From Candidatus Fraserbacteria bacterium (GTDB lineage Bacteria > Bipolaricaulota > Bipolaricaulia > RBG-16-55-9): DNA of 15,624 nt. Both the position numbers and the translations under genes were made by a program. This document shows positions 14,481 through 15,624 of this stretch, one piece after another; the first letter of the stretch is position 1; the number at the start of each line of letters is the position of its first letter. Under the pieces are notes generated by a model. The model was not told the origin of the DNA. It worked only from the letters and a program-made list of their open reading frames with translations, and made no database searches. The stretch spans positions 1-15,624 of the forward strand of contig JBBIPG010000055.1 in the NCBI GenBank assembly GCA_037442925.1, in the 5' to 3' direction.

Positions 14481-15624
14481 TCATCGCTTGAAGAACTCCT
14501 CGTGCGTGGGATGGATGGCACGAAAGTGCCGCGCCAACTCCGGGTAGCGTCTTTGGAACTGCTCATACATCCCGAAGGCGATCTCGCGCACGGAGAAGTG
14601 ATTGTCCGGGCGGGTGCGCAGCTCGGCAATGTATTGCAGCTCTTCGGCATCCATCTTAAGAAGAGCGCGCCGCCGATAGGCGAAGGGCAGTGCGTACTGC
14701 CCCACGAGTGAATACTTCGACTCGATCTGCGAGCTCAACTTCCCGGCTTCTTCCATGAGCTTAGAGTAGCGCTCTTGGAGTCCTGCTTGCTCTATGTCTT
14801 TGGGGATATCGTAGCCATAGTTGGCATAGAAGTCTTTGTTGATCTGTACCAGGCGACGATGGCGGTGGAAGTCTCGCCAGGCGCCGCAGTCGAGGCAGAG
14901 ATCGAAGATGAGCTGGTAGCCCGTGCGCATCTCGCGCAGCGGCGGGTCATACGGGCCGCGCTCCTGATACACCAGCTCCACGATCTTATGTTTTTCTTGG
15001 GGTTTCATCTTGTCAACCAACTGCTGGATCTGGGCGTATGAATGGGGCAGAACGCGATAGAGTAGCGTGCAGACGCGCTCGGTCAGTTGATCGTGGGGCT
15101 GCGCGAGCGCCACGCCTCGCTGCCCGTCGGGTTGGCCGAGTTTGGGGGCATACTGCGCGGCGAACTCATGGACCGCTTGTCTCGTCTGGATGAGATATGA
15201 GTTCGGCTGAGCGTACTTGACGAGCGTGGGGGTTGCGGCTGCCCCAAACCAAGTGATGTAGCGAACTTGCCGGAGGATCTCTTGAGATCGTTGATCATCT
15301 TTGGGCAGGCGCTCTTCCAGCTCTTGTAGTAACGGTCGAAGTCGCTCGACCATCGGGTTGAACGCCGGTCGCTCCACGGCAGCGGCTTTGAGTTCCTCAG
15401 CCACGTTTTGTATCTCCTTGAGTGGGTGAGAGAAGAGTCTCACCAACTGCCGTTCGAGCGTGCGTGCACTCAAGATATGACCCAGGCCGGTGCGGATACT
15501 CATGGGGAGCATGTATCGTGCCACGTCGTAGGCGCGCGCGCGAAGCGTCCGCTCGTACTTGGCATCGTCCGTGTCCGGCGGGCGCTCGTGAGCGTGCTTT
15601 TTCATCAAGTGTTTGAGGACTCGT
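14481..15624 (-). CDS. thyX: FAD-dependent thymidylate synthase, tandem-domain type; 5' part outside the window
   Basis: Frame is open to the window edge. End of a first ThyX domain (RARAYDVARYMLPMSIRTGLG..SARTLERQL) and a complete second domain (DCGAWRDFHRHR, QYALPFAYR, ELQYIAELRT...HFSVREIA). Confidence 0.9.
   Translation of the reverse strand, partial: RVLKHLMKKHAHERPPDTDDAKYERTLRARAYDVARYMLPMSIRTGLGHILSARTLERQLVRLFSHPLKEIQNVAEELKAAAVERPAFNPMVERLRPLLQELEERLPKDDQRSQEILRQVRYITWFGAAATPTLVKYAQPNSYLIQTRQAVHEFAAQYAPKLGQPDGQRGVALAQPHDQLTERVCTLLYRVLPHSYAQIQQLVDKMKPQEKHKIVELVYQERGPYDPPLREMRTGYQLIFDLCLDCGAWRDFHRHRRLVQINKDFYANYGYDIPKDIEQAGLQERYSKLMEEAGKLSSQIESKYSLVGQYALPFAYRRRALLKMDAEELQYIAELRTRPDNHFSVREIAFGMYEQFQRRYPELARHFRAIHPTHEEFFKR

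Noticed and set aside
1..15624. CRISPR array, tRNA/rRNA, IS element, integron attC sites
   Set aside because: No regularly spaced repeats, cloverleafs, transposase/integrase ORFs or convincing attC-like structures were seen by eye.

Overview
Bacterial chromosomal window with three parts. (1) Left, minus strand: an accessory operon encoding an exported 984-aa three-domain protein (two tandem deacetylase-type barrels plus an alpha/beta esterase), followed by a Cys-type sulfatase that runs off the left edge and is absent from the ORF track. Two tiny SD-led ORFs and a possible response-regulator box precede the operon. Divergent from it is a frameshifted, truncated PhnP-like metallo-beta-lactamase-fold pseudogene, whose 3' part is replaced by an AbrB/PIN (VapBC) toxin-antitoxin pair. 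(2) Housekeeping core: rpsB with a structured leader, short-form tsf, pyrH with no frr after it, convergent recG-gatC with no gatA/gatB, and divergent def-fmt. (3) Right: an IscA/HesB-family protein with 10 Cys, a second AbrB/PIN pair with a clear palindromic operator, a secreted CAP-domain protein with a C-terminal EF-hand/dockerin-like module, and a partial tandem-domain ThyX running off the right edge. I saw no rRNA, tRNA, CRISPR array, transposase or integrase. The C-terminal module of the CAP protein is reminiscent of Bipolaricaulota (Acetothermia/OP1)-type genomes; this is an unverified inference. All family calls come from motif recognition by eye, not database searches.
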